Source: Candidatus Latescibacterota bacterium
GTDB lineage: Bacteria; Latescibacterota; UBA2968
Length of the DNA: 64,000 bases
Assembly (NCBI GenBank): GCA_965116885.1
Contig: OZ220741.1
Span: forward strand, 3,040,001-3,104,000
Reading direction: 5' to 3'
Both the position numbers and the translations under genes were made by a program. Positions 9,571 to 19,530 of this stretch are shown here, piece by piece. Position 1 is the stretch's first letter. Each line of letters opens with the position of its first letter. The notes below the pieces were generated by a model. The model saw only the letters and a program-made list of their open reading frames with translations. It did not search any database and was not told the DNA's origin.

Positions 9571-10458
9571 TTAACCCGATAGGGCGCGTTTCATTGTTGC
9601 GCCCATTTCGGCGGGGCTTTCGCACACGTGAATGCCGGCTTCACGAAGCGCGGCCATTTTGTCGGCGGCGGTGCCCTGTCCGCCAGAGATAATCGCGCCC
9701 GCATGTCCCATGCGTCGCCCCGGGGGCGCTGTTTGACCCGCGATAAAACTGACCACGGGTTTGTCAAAGTGCGCTTTGACATAAGCGGCGGCTTCTTCTT
9801 CGGCGGTGCCGCCAATTTCACCGATCATGATGACGGCGTCTGTGTCGGGGTCGTCCTTGAAGAGCGCGAGGCAGTCTGTAAAGGTTGTGCCAATGATGGG
9901 GTCTCCGCCAATGCCCACACACGACGATTGACCAAAGCCACTATCGGTGAGTTGGGAGACCGCTTCATAGGTGAGTGTGCCGCTGCGCGAAATGACGCCA
10001 ATGCGACCTTCTCTGTGAATCGCGCCGGGCATAATGCCGATTTTGCACTTGCCCGGAGAAATCAGGCCCGGACAATTGGGGCCGATCAAGCGCGTGTTTT
10101 TATCTGCCAGATAGTGTTTGGCTTTTAGCATGTCGAGTACGGGTATGTTCTCGGAGATGCAAACGACCAGAGGTAGGCCTGCATCGGCTGCTTCCATGAT
10201 GGTGTCTGCTGCAAAGGGCGCGGGAACAAAATTGGCCGATGCCGTGGCACCTGTTTGTTCTGCGGCATCGGATACCGTGTCAAAAACGGGTATGCCATCC
10301 ACGCTCTCGCCGCCTTTGCCCGCGTTGACCACGCCGACGATTTGCGTGCCGTAATCTACCATTTGCTCCAGATGAAATCGCGCTTCGCCACCCATTGCTC
10401 TGCTGCTGGAAAAGCTCTGGATGATTACGCGGGTGTTGTTGTCAATGAGGATGCTCAT
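9571..10458 (-). CDS. sucD: succinyl-CoA synthetase alpha subunit
   Basis: 'IGPNCPG', 'SRSGTLTYE', 'GEIGG', phospho-His motif 'RMGHAGA'. Confidence 0.95.
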   Translation of the reverse strand: MSILIDNNTRVIIQSFSSSRAMGGEARFHLEQMVDYGTQIVGVVNAGKGGESVDGIPVFDTVSDAAEQTGATASANFVPAPFAADTIMEAADAGLPLVVCISENIPVLDMLKAKHYLADKNTRLIGPNCPGLISPGKCKIGIMPGAIHREGRIGVISRSGTLTYEAVSQLTDSGFGQSSCVGIGGDPIIGTTFTDCLALFKDDPDTDAVIMIGEIGGTAEEEAAAYVKAHFDKPVVSFIAGQTAPPGRRMGHAGAIISGGQGTAADKMAALREAGIHVCESPAEMGATMKRALSG

Positions 10459-10476
10459 AAAATCTCCAGTATTCGT

Positions 10477-11157
10477 TTATTCAAGGATTCTTTCTTCGAT
10501 TGTGCCATCTGTTTTGCCGATGATGATGCGGTCAGTCAGGCCAATGAAAAGACCGCATTCGACCACGCCGCACAAGGCGTTGATTTTTTTTTCGAGTGTG
10601 GGAGGATCGTCAATGCGACCAAAGTCGCAATCAATGATATAATTGCCGTTGTCTGTGACAAAAGGCATGTTGTCCTGTGCGTTGCGAAGTGTGGGTTGAC
10701 AGCCCAGGTCTGCGAGTTGGCGTTGTATGGCTTGCCAGCCAAATGGGATGACCTCAACGGGTAGGGGAAAAGCTCCCAGGTGTACTACTGTTTTGGATTC
10801 GTCGGCGACAATGATTTCCCTGTCGGATAGAGATGCGACGATTTTTTCTCGCAAAAGCGCGCCGCCGCCACCTTTTATGAGGTTAAAGTCCGGGTCAAAT
10901 TCATCCGCGCCGTCAATGGTCAGATCAATGCGGGTAACTTTGCCGAAGTCGGTGAGTGGGATATTTTCAGATTCAGCCTGAATGCGCGATTGCTCTGAGG
11001 TGGGTATGCCGCATATATCGAGTCCTTCAGCGATGCGCTGGCCGAGTTTTTGAATTGCAAAAAAAGCCGTTGATCCCGTGCCCAGACCGACGACCATGCC
11101 ATCTTCGACATATTCGGCAGCCCGTTCTCCTGCCAATTGTTTTGGGTGAATTGTCAT
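10477..11157 (-). CDS. rpiA: ribose-5-phosphate isomerase A
   Basis: 'GLGTGST', 'DGADE', 'KGGGGALLREK', 'TDNGN'. Confidence 0.96.
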   Translation of the reverse strand: MTIHPKQLAGERAAEYVEDGMVVGLGTGSTAFFAIQKLGQRIAEGLDICGIPTSEQSRIQAESENIPLTDFGKVTRIDLTIDGADEFDPDFNLIKGGGGALLREKIVASLSDREIIVADESKTVVHLGAFPLPVEVIPFGWQAIQRQLADLGCQPTLRNAQDNMPFVTDNGNYIIDCDFGRIDDPPTLEKKINALCGVVECGLFIGLTDRIIIGKTDGTIEERILE

Positions 11158-11321
11158 GGCTCTCCCATTTCGAAATGTGAAAAGATAAACGCAATATAAT
11201 AATTTGGCAATAATTTTGACCCACACGGGCGCGATATTTTTCTATTTATTTTTTTTAAAAATTGTCATACTCTATCAAATAGGCAGGACAAAGTTGAATA
11301 TGATTAAATTCGGAGAAAAAT

Positions 11322-12158
11322 ATGGCTTATCGCACATTGGAAGACTTTTTTGGTGATATTGTGGGGAAAGCGCGTCGGGGACAGGGGATTTCGGAATCGG
11401 AACTGGCGCAACAGGTGGGGCTTAGTGTTCGAGAAATCGGGCAAATAGAATCGTACGAGTTGACACCTGACGATCAGACCATTTGCCGACTTGCAGACAC
11501 GCTTCATCTCAATGGCGAAAAACTGGTGGAAGTGGCGCGTGGATGGGTGCCAGCGCAGGGCAATGCGGCGTTTGAAGATGAGAATATGCGGGTTGACCGA
11601 TTGATTCTCGATGCGGGCATGACGGTGAATTGTTATGTGCTAATATGCAAGACATCGAGTAAAGGGGCCGTGATTGATCCCGGTGGGCAGGCGCAGTTGA
11701 TTTTGGATGCGATAGCCGATGTACAGGTGACGCACATTTTGCTCACACACGGGCATGGTGATCACGTTGGGGCACTCGAAGCAGTTGCCGATGCGACACA
11801 GGCGCAGGTATGTGGTTGCGATCGCGATTTTGCGTTGATGGGCGGGCGCAGCCAGCGGGTGACTGAACGCGTGGATGAGGGCTGGCAAACAGCGGTTGGC
11901 GAACTCGGTATTGATACAGTGAGTTTGCCCGGGCATACAGGCGGTGGCATTGGTTATTATACTGCGCCCGTATTTTTTTCGGGCGATGCGCTATTTGCGG
12001 GCTCTCTGGGAGGGGCGAGGGGAGATGCCTACCGAGGGCAAATTCAGGCTGTGCGTGCAAAGGTACTCTCTCTGCCAGAGGAAACGACTATTTTCCCCGG
12101 TCATGGTCCGATTACGTCTGTAGTGCAAGAACTGGCGCACAATCCCTATTTTGTTTGA
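11322..12158 (+). CDS. XRE-type HTH fused to metallo-beta-lactamase-fold hydrolase (glyoxalase II-like)
   Basis: N-terminal 'ARRGQGISESELAQQVGLSVREIGQIE', then 'THGHGDH', 'PGHT', 'GDALF', 'PGHG'. Confidence 0.85.
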   Translation: MAYRTLEDFFGDIVGKARRGQGISESELAQQVGLSVREIGQIESYELTPDDQTICRLADTLHLNGEKLVEVARGWVPAQGNAAFEDENMRVDRLILDAGMTVNCYVLICKTSSKGAVIDPGGQAQLILDAIADVQVTHILLTHGHGDHVGALEAVADATQAQVCGCDRDFALMGGRSQRVTERVDEGWQTAVGELGIDTVSLPGHTGGGIGYYTAPVFFSGDALFAGSLGGARGDAYRGQIQAVRAKVLSLPEETTIFPGHGPITSVVQELAHNPYFV

Positions 12159-12178
12159 AAAGAATCCGGGAACCTTTT

Positions 12179-12376
12179 TTATTCTTTTTCGGATGCCTGG
12201 GTTTCAACCCATTGTCCAATGGCCTGGCGAATGGATTCGACAGCGGCTTTTTTGCGCTCAAGGCGGTCAATATGCACGCGTAGCTGATCAATTTGTGCGT
12301 CGAGATCTCGAAGTTCACCATTTGCGGCTTCAAGTGCTTGTTGGTACAGGGGTTCGCTATGGGTCGGTTCTGCCAT
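12179..12376 (-). CDS. small coiled-coil protein
   Basis: 65 aa, AAGGAG RBS, heptad pattern 'LRDLDAQIDQLRVHIDRLERKK'. Confidence 0.65.
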   Translation of the reverse strand: MAEPTHSEPLYQQALEAANGELRDLDAQIDQLRVHIDRLERKKAAVESIRQAIGQWVETQASEKE

Positions 12377-12720
12377 GAATTAAGCTCCTTGTAATAAAAA
12401 AATAGAATACGCGATTCAGCTAAACATAACTTGTGTGGCCTTGTGTCGAAAAAGTCCGCTCGTTGTTGGTTTGGGAAAACGGTGTATTTTTTTGTCTTTA
12501 CAACCCGTTACAATTTATTACAATTTTCATGGGAACGAAGTGGTTTAGATGGTTGTTTAATGCTGTAAATTACAGATTCTTAGAGATATGCAACTTTCTT
12601 TTGATTCACGCATTTAAAAAAAAAGTAGTAAATTCCAATATATAGTGGGCGTTGAGAGTATGTCAACGCTGTCTCACAAGGATATTTCTCACAGTTGATT
12701 CCGTCGCAAAGGAGCTAAAC

Positions 12721-15700
12721 ATGGCTCGGTGGTATCGTCTTTTCGCGCGAAACGCAATATTCGTCCTCATTTTGGGGGTTTCAACCTCTGCTTTCGGACA
12801 GGAATATTTTGGCAAAAACAAGGTGAATTACAGCCAGTATGCATGGCATTATATCGACAGTGAACACTTCACGGTTTATTTTGACAAGGGTTCACTGGGG
12901 CTGGCCGAGTTTGTTGCCAAAGAAGCCGAAAGATCACTGGTACACATTGAGAAAACGCTGAAATATACGATGAAGGATCGCTATCCCATTGTTATTTACA
13001 ATTCTCACAATGGATTTTCAGTGTCGAATATTATTAGCGGGGAACAGTCTGAGTTTACGGGCGGATATACCGAATTTGCACAGGGGCGCGTGGTGATTCC
13101 CTTTACGGGGTCTTATGGAGATTTGCAGCACGTTATCCATCACGAACTCGTTCACGCTGTTACAATTGAGTTGTGGACCGGTGGGGGCTGGTTGGGATCT
13201 CTGGTTTCGCAGACATCGACATTGCCTCCGCTGTGGATTGCCGAGGGTATTGCCGAGTACGTATCTCGATATGGCTGGCATAAGGAGCACGATAATTTTA
13301 TGCGCGATGCAACCATTACCGGATATGTGCCGACTATCGAAATGATGTCCCTGAGTTATTTTGCCTATCCCGGTGGCAATTCAGTTTTTTACATGATAGA
13401 ACAGGAATATGGGAAGGATAAGGTAGCGTCCTTTATTTCTTCTTTCCGCACGGCCAAAACCCCCGATAAAGCACTCAAAGCATCTCTGGGGTTTGGGATG
13501 AAGGAATTGGAGGAAAAATATCAATTGTGGCTCAAGCGGCAATACTGGAATGAGATCAATTTGCGCCATACGCCCAAAGAGATGGCAACAAATTTGACAG
13601 AGCGCGAAGATAGGCGTTCGTCGTATAATTTATCTGCTGCGTTATCTCCACAAGGCGACAAGGTTGCGTATTTGACCGACCGAAATGGCACGTTTGATAT
13701 TTATTTGATGTCGGCGATTGACGGCAAAGACCTGGGGCGTTTGGTCGAAGGGCAAAAGTCGTCTGCTTTTGAGTCGATGTTTGTTTTGCGGCCCGGATTT
13801 ACCTGGTCTCCGGATGGTCGGCATATTGCATTCGCTGCCAAATCGAATAATAAAAATACCCTGTATATCCTCGAAGTAAAAAATAAACAAATTCGCAAGC
13901 GATTTAAGTTTGATCTCGATGGCTTGTTTGAACCTACCTGGTCGCCCGATGGAGAAAAAATTGCCGTCGCGGGTATTAAAGATGGCTGGTCTGATATCTA
14001 TGTGGTCGATTTGAACGACGAGTCGCTTACGCGGCTTACAAATGATCCCTATGACGAGCGGCATTTGGATTGGTCGCCCGATGGCACATGGATCGCCATG
14101 AGTTCAGATCGTCCCGATACCCATTTGACGTTCAGCGGGGGGAAGGATTTTGCTTTCGGTCAGTACGACATTTTTTTGATGCGTACAGATGGCTCTGAAA
14201 TGCGCCGCATTGTCGCGTCTGAAGACGCCGAAGATTCACACCCCGTGTGGGGTGCCGATAGCAAACACATTGCCTTTGTTTCCGACCGCACGGGTGTAGG
14301 CAATATCTATATTGCAAATGTTGACAGTACGCAGAAGATATATCCCATTACCAATCTGCTATCGGGGGCGCAATATATCGATTGGTCAGCCGATGGCAAA
14401 AAGATCGTGTTCAATGCGTTTCACAAGGGTGCCCTGGATATATTTGTGATGCGCGACCCGCTCGCACAGCGAAAAGAAATGGCTGATTTGCCGCGTACCC
14501 GGTTTGTCAAGCGCCTTGCCGGCGAAGATGAAAAGATGTTTGTCGAGTTGCAAAAAGAAAAATACGAGAGCCGCAAGATAGCCAAAGTAGAAGCCGATAG
14601 TACCGCGGTTGATTCGACAGCAGAAAAAACAGAGAAGAAAGTGGCGCAGTGGATTTCCGATCAGGAAGCGCTTGCAGCGGCAGAGAGCGCACCTGCAGAT
14701 AGTACGGCTGAGATCGATACCACGCATCCGGTCGCAGGCAGTCCAGAAATGGCCGATACTGGCAAACAAGGGGTTAAAAACTGGGGCGAAAAGGAATTTC
14801 AGGTTAAGAAGTACAAGCTAAAATTCAAGCCTGAACTGTTTGGTGCACAGGCGGGATTTGATACGTTCTACGGCGTGAGCAGCTCTATTGTATTGTCCAT
14901 GAGTGATGTGATGGGCGATCACCGCGCCACGTTGGTGACGAGTTTGAATTTTTCGCTCAAAGACAGCGACTTTCTGCTTGCTTATGCCTATTTGAAGAAT
15001 CGCACAAATTACGGTGCGCAGCTTTTTCACACGCGGTTCTTCTTCTTTGATAATACAGGTCGTCTGACTGCGGATCGATATTATGGGCTTTCTGGGATGC
15101 TCGAGCGGCCATTTAATCGGTTTGCCCGTTTGGAACTCAGTACGCGTTTTGTATCTGTTGATCGCGAAGAGGTGTTTACGGATATCAACAATTATTTGTA
15201 TCAGCCGGGCTTTCGCGGCGTTGGGCGGTTTTCGAGCCAATTGATCGAACGTCGTCGGGCGGCTATCGGCGAAGTGGCTCTGGTGGGCGATAGCGCGCTG
15301 TACAGTTTGTTTGGCGCGGTAGATGGGCATCGCTATCGGTTGAATTTTGAAGGTTCCGGCGTGGGCATGGAATTTGCCACATTTACGCTGGATTATCGTA
15401 AATATATGCGGTTGTTGAACGAATATACCTTTGCCATCCGGATGTCGGGTGGGACGAGTTATGGCCCCAACAGCACTATGTTTTTCTTGGGCGGTGTGAA
15501 CAATCCGGTCAATCCGACATTTTCAACCATTGCCAGTGTTGATCAGAGTCGCGTATTTTTCTCTTCTTACGTTTGGCCCCTGCGCGGCGCGAGATTGCTC
15601 GAAATGGCGGGCGATTCTTATGTGCTGGCCAATGTCGCATTCCGGTTCCCGCTCATCCGGCAATTGGCTATGGGCTGGCCTTTGCCGTTTTTCTTCCAGA

Positions 15701-15990
15701 ATGTGCAGGGTGAATTGTTCTTCGACATCGGGGGAGCATTTAACCGCGTCAATTGGAGAGACGGATGGGTCTCCAGGGATGGGGGGTTTGAGCTCAATGT
15801 CCCGCAGCACTTTCGCAGCGGATCGAGACATGGACTACCAAAACCTCAAATGGCTGCCGGATACGGGTTTGGCGTGCGGGTAAATTTGGGTTATTTCCTG
15901 TTCAGATACGATCTGGCCTGGCCTACGGATCTCGCCGAAACATACCATCCACACCAGTATTTCTCAATTGATTTCACGGGTTTGTTCTAA
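12721..15990 (+). CDS. Omp85/BamA-family protein with N-terminal zinc metallopeptidase and PD40/TolB-like beta-propeller
   Basis: Signal peptide, 'HHELVH..WIAEGIAEY', repeated WSPDG, 'PLRGA' loop motif, C-terminal Phe. Confidence 0.8.
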   Translation: MARWYRLFARNAIFVLILGVSTSAFGQEYFGKNKVNYSQYAWHYIDSEHFTVYFDKGSLGLAEFVAKEAERSLVHIEKTLKYTMKDRYPIVIYNSHNGFSVSNIISGEQSEFTGGYTEFAQGRVVIPFTGSYGDLQHVIHHELVHAVTIELWTGGGWLGSLVSQTSTLPPLWIAEGIAEYVSRYGWHKEHDNFMRDATITGYVPTIEMMSLSYFAYPGGNSVFYMIEQEYGKDKVASFISSFRTAKTPDKALKASLGFGMKELEEKYQLWLKRQYWNEINLRHTPKEMATNLTEREDRRSSYNLSAALSPQGDKVAYLTDRNGTFDIYLMSAIDGKDLGRLVEGQKSSAFESMFVLRPGFTWSPDGRHIAFAAKSNNKNTLYILEVKNKQIRKRFKFDLDGLFEPTWSPDGEKIAVAGIKDGWSDIYVVDLNDESLTRLTNDPYDERHLDWSPDGTWIAMSSDRPDTHLTFSGGKDFAFGQYDIFLMRTDGSEMRRIVASEDAEDSHPVWGADSKHIAFVSDRTGVGNIYIANVDSTQKIYPITNLLSGAQYIDWSADGKKIVFNAFHKGALDIFVMRDPLAQRKEMADLPRTRFVKRLAGEDEKMFVELQKEKYESRKIAKVEADSTAVDSTAEKTEKKVAQWISDQEALAAAESAPADSTAEIDTTHPVAGSPEMADTGKQGVKNWGEKEFQVKKYKLKFKPELFGAQAGFDTFYGVSSSIVLSMSDVMGDHRATLVTSLNFSLKDSDFLLAYAYLKNRTNYGAQLFHTRFFFFDNTGRLTADRYYGLSGMLERPFNRFARLELSTRFVSVDREEVFTDINNYLYQPGFRGVGRFSSQLIERRRAAIGEVALVGDSALYSLFGAVDGHRYRLNFEGSGVGMEFATFTLDYRKYMRLLNEYTFAIRMSGGTSYGPNSTMFFLGGVNNPVNPTFSTIASVDQSRVFFSSYVWPLRGARLLEMAGDSYVLANVAFRFPLIRQLAMGWPLPFFFQNVQGELFFDIGGAFNRVNWRDGWVSRDGGFELNVPQHFRSGSRHGLPKPQMAAGYGFGVRVNLGYFLFRYDLAWPTDLAETYHPHQYFSIDFTGLF

Positions 15991-16050
15991 TCTGCAGATG
16001 GACACAGATAAAAGGCGAGATTGAGTTTAGGGTTGGATAGAAAACCGATG

Positions 16051-16083
16051 AGGAGAGGCGTGCTGTACGTCTCTCCTTTTTTT
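16051..16083 (+). terminator. intrinsic terminator
   Basis: aggagaggcgt/acgtctctcct stem plus T run. Confidence 0.75.
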
Positions 16084-16167
16084 GTCAGGTTGATGGATGG
16101 TGATTTTTTTTGTATTATTTGAAGTGGTCAAAATACACGTTAAACCACGAATAAAATGAGGTTCTTC

Positions 16168-16482
16168 ATGGCAACCAAAGAGTATTATATGGCGGGGTTG
16201 AGTAAGTTGGGAACTGGAGATCTGGAAGGCGCGATTGTCGAATTTGAGAAGGCTGTTGCAGACGATGCCTCGTTTTACATAGCGCATCTGGGATGGGCGC
16301 AGGCACTGGATCGGCAGGGGAAGATTGACGAGGCGATTGAACAGGTCAAATGTGCTTTGCAAATAGTTCCCGATGAGGCACTGGCCCATACGAGTCTGTC
16401 GCGCTTGTATCAGCAGAAAGGGATGATTGAAGAGGCCGAAGAGGAAATGGCTATTTCTCACAAACTCTCTCAAAATATTTGA
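16168..16482 (+). CDS. small TPR protein
   Basis: TPR pattern 'AHLGWAQALDRQGKIDEAIEQ..ALQIVPD'. Confidence 0.8.
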   Translation: MATKEYYMAGLSKLGTGDLEGAIVEFEKAVADDASFYIAHLGWAQALDRQGKIDEAIEQVKCALQIVPDEALAHTSLSRLYQQKGMIEEAEEEMAISHKLSQNI

Positions 16483-18521
16483 AAATGGCTCGTGTATTGA
16501 AAATGGGGACGTCCTGTTTGGGCGTCCTCTCTGTTTTTGTGTTAATCGCGTGTGTAACAGCAAGTGCAGATTCAGTTGATTCGCTGCTGGCACGCGCGCA
16601 GAGCGATACGTTGAAACCACTTGATTACCGCATTGGGTTGCTCCGAAAAGCGCTCAATGTGGATGGGGATCGCGCTGATGTCTGTGCGGCATTGGGCGCG
16701 TTGTTTATGCAAAAGAATACGCCGGCGAGCAGGGTGCGTGCAGATCGCTATATTTATCGCGCGATTGTATTGGACCCTGAGAATATAGACTATCATCTGT
16801 CTTACGCGACTCTGCAGCGCAAGAAGGGTTTTCGGTACAATGCCAGGCGATATTTTGAAAAGGTGCTCACCATAGATTCAACACAGGTTGAAGCAGCCTG
16901 TGAAGTGGGCGATTATTATTTGCAGGATATGTTAAAATACGTCGATGCACGACGTTTTGACGGAGGTGGGAGTATGCGGTCTTTTGCAATGGAGAGTGTG
17001 CAAAAGGCCGCGGATTATTACCACTACGCACTTGCATATGATCCCTATTGTAGGCGCGCGTATTACGGGTTGGGTATGCTGAGTATAGAGGGTGGGTATA
17101 ACGAGGATTTGATTGTTATTGCACGGGCACTTTTAGACCGATGGCCACAGGATCGGGACGGTCTTTTGTTTTTGGGATTGGGGTATTATGTGGCCGAAAA
17201 GTTTGAGGCAGCAGGCAAAGCATTTGGTCGCGCATACGCGCAGATGGATTCTGTTGGGCAGGCGGCGATGACTTCAATAGAATTGTTGGGTGGTGGGGAT
17301 GAGGCACACGCGCTTTTTTGGCAAAAACGCGATCCTTTATTTCTCACGCCTGTGAACGAAAGAAAGTTGGCACATCGCGGGCGGGTTGCTTATGCAAATT
17401 TGAGATTTGGTCTGCCCGATGAGGGAATTGCGGGTTGGGAAACGGATATGGGCAAGGTGTGGATTCGCTATGGTCGCTATGTCAATCGCGTGAGAACGCT
17501 TATTCCGCACCGGGAGATCTGGACTTATGAAGATTTTTCAATGGCCTTTTTTTCTTACGATTCTGTGCATTGGAAATTGGAATCGATGAAGGATGAGCGC
17601 TGGGCGCTCGTTCCGGGTGGATGGGGCAGAAGTCAGATTCTGTCGTCTGATTTTTATTTGCCCGAGCGCTATGTCGATCCATACGGAGACCAGAAATACG
17701 GATTGCCCGTACAGGTGGGATTTTTTGAGACAGGAGAAGGACAAGTCAAAGTGGCACTATCATGGGGTATTCCCAAGCATCAGTTGCAGTATCTCAAGCT
17801 CTATGAGACCTATCAAGTCGATTTAGATGCCGGTATTTTTGTACACAGAAGCAATGGGCAAGAGGTAACCCGGGTCAGATGGCAACCAGAGACATTTCGG
17901 GATGTTTGGACCGATTCATTAAAGGCGCAGTATTTATTGGGTCAACGCGATCTGATTTTGGCAGCAGATCAAATTGCTTCACGGTTGGACGCCGATTCAC
18001 TTGCATTGTCTTTAGAAATTAGAGATGTGGGAAAGAAAACAGTGGGCATATTCCGCGATACGGTTTTTGTACAGACATTTCCCGATGATGTGGTTTCGAT
18101 GAGTTCTGTATTGCTGGCTTCACATGCAGGGGAGGGCAAAGAGGGAGTTGAAGTGATACCCAATCCGTTGAGAACTTTTGGCGCGGACGAGTTGTTGTAT
18201 ATCTATTTTGAGATCTACAATCTGGTACGCGATGAGTTTGGGCAGACGGATTTCTCTGTATCGTACAGAGTAGGACCACCAGATTTGCGGCGTTTTTCTG
18301 ACAAAAGAGATCGAGAGGCAATTGCGCAATTGGGTATGAGTGATGACAGGTGGCGTATTTCCGTTAGTACAGATTATCGAGGAAGGGAGGTGCAGGAGCC
18401 GGTTTATTTATCCGTTGATTTAAGTGAGTTGGGGCCTGGCGTGCATCTGCTATCTATAGTTGTCACTGACCGTCAGACGGGTTTACAGACATGGCGAGAA
18501 ACTCTGTTTCGCATTTTGTGA
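16479..18521 (+). CDS. GWxTD-domain protein with TPRs
   Basis: Signal peptide, TPRs, 'FWQKRDP', 'GWETDMGKVWIRYG'. Confidence 0.85.
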   Translation: MKMARVLKMGTSCLGVLSVFVLIACVTASADSVDSLLARAQSDTLKPLDYRIGLLRKALNVDGDRADVCAALGALFMQKNTPASRVRADRYIYRAIVLDPENIDYHLSYATLQRKKGFRYNARRYFEKVLTIDSTQVEAACEVGDYYLQDMLKYVDARRFDGGGSMRSFAMESVQKAADYYHYALAYDPYCRRAYYGLGMLSIEGGYNEDLIVIARALLDRWPQDRDGLLFLGLGYYVAEKFEAAGKAFGRAYAQMDSVGQAAMTSIELLGGGDEAHALFWQKRDPLFLTPVNERKLAHRGRVAYANLRFGLPDEGIAGWETDMGKVWIRYGRYVNRVRTLIPHREIWTYEDFSMAFFSYDSVHWKLESMKDERWALVPGGWGRSQILSSDFYLPERYVDPYGDQKYGLPVQVGFFETGEGQVKVALSWGIPKHQLQYLKLYETYQVDLDAGIFVHRSNGQEVTRVRWQPETFRDVWTDSLKAQYLLGQRDLILAADQIASRLDADSLALSLEIRDVGKKTVGIFRDTVFVQTFPDDVVSMSSVLLASHAGEGKEGVEVIPNPLRTFGADELLYIYFEIYNLVRDEFGQTDFSVSYRVGPPDLRRFSDKRDREAIAQLGMSDDRWRISVSTDYRGREVQEPVYLSVDLSELGPGVHLLSIVVTDRQTGLQTWRETLFRIL

Positions 18522-18531
18522 CGTCAGGGAC

Positions 18532-19530
18532 CTATTTTTTTTCTTTTTTGTGCCAGAGGAGGTTAATCAGTGGTGGGCCGCCAAATAAAAGAAAGCCGAG
18601 GAGCGCGACTGCGTGTACCGACGTGGCAAATGCCAATGCGGTTTCTGGTGGCACATGGTAGAAGTGGTGGAGGGTTCCGGCGCAAAAGAAATGGTATGAG
18701 CCTATACCACCCGGCGCAGGAACGACAAATCCGATCGTGGCGATGGTCATCACAACCATAGCTTCAAACAAGCCAAGGTTGTAGTTATGTGATAGGTCAA
18801 AACTGTAGAAGGGCAAGTACATGGCGAACAAATAAAGGCTATTGAGAATCAGGGTTGATACCAATATCCCCGCGTAGCCTTCTACAGTGTGAATGGCTCT
18901 CATGCCCTGTAAAAAAGAACGCAAAATATGGGTTGCACCATCGGCCATCCTGGGAGAGAGGCGCGCCAGCAGGCGGTGAAAAATGGACAGGCCGCGTTCT
19001 CCTCGGGCGGAGAGCAGTCCCAAAAATACGAAAGCCAACAGAATTACAGGCAATGTCAGCAAGGCAACTTGTTCAAGTTTAAATTGGGGAAATGCCGCGC
19101 CGATCTGCTCTCTGGCAAAGAATAAGACCACGCCAAAGATGATCAAGAGGGTGAGTATATCGAGCAAGCGTTCTACAATCACTGTCGCCAGGATTGCACT
19201 GATGCCGGTAGGGTGATCCCTTTCGAGGGCGAGAGCACGCGCAACTTCGCCAGCGCGTGGGAATACGACATTGCCCGCATAGGCGACCATGACAGCCCAA
19301 AATGCCGAGCGAATGGAAATATTTGAGGCAACGGGCAATAGCAAAATGCGCCAACGCCAGGCTCGGGGCAAGCCCGAAACGATTACTGCGATAGCCGATA
19401 AGAGCAACCACAGGGGATTGGCCGTTTGCAGGGCTTCCACAAGGAGCGTCCCATTGACATCTCTAAACGCTGCCCAGAGAAACCCCCCCATTAACACAAG
19501 ACTGGCTGCGAGTTTGAGAAAGGTTTTCAT
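18532..19530 (-). CDS. lysylphosphatidylglycerol synthase TM-domain / flippase-like membrane protein (UPF0104)
   Basis: 'RAWRWRILL', 'PRAGEVAR', 'ERLLD', 'PGGIG'. Confidence 0.88.
   Translation of the reverse strand: MKTFLKLAASLVLMGGFLWAAFRDVNGTLLVEALQTANPLWLLLSAIAVIVSGLPRAWRWRILLLPVASNISIRSAFWAVMVAYAGNVVFPRAGEVARALALERDHPTGISAILATVIVERLLDILTLLIIFGVVLFFAREQIGAAFPQFKLEQVALLTLPVILLAFVFLGLLSARGERGLSIFHRLLARLSPRMADGATHILRSFLQGMRAIHTVEGYAGILVSTLILNSLYLFAMYLPFYSFDLSHNYNLGLFEAMVVMTIATIGFVVPAPGGIGSYHFFCAGTLHHFYHVPPETALAFATSVHAVALLGFLLFGGPPLINLLWHKKEKK

Noticed and set aside
12377..12720. Possible ncRNA or riboswitch in the AT-rich intergenic region (hairpin gcgttga/tcaacgc near 12649-12669)
   Set aside because: A single short hairpin with no recognisable aptamer. 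It is explained by divergent promoters.
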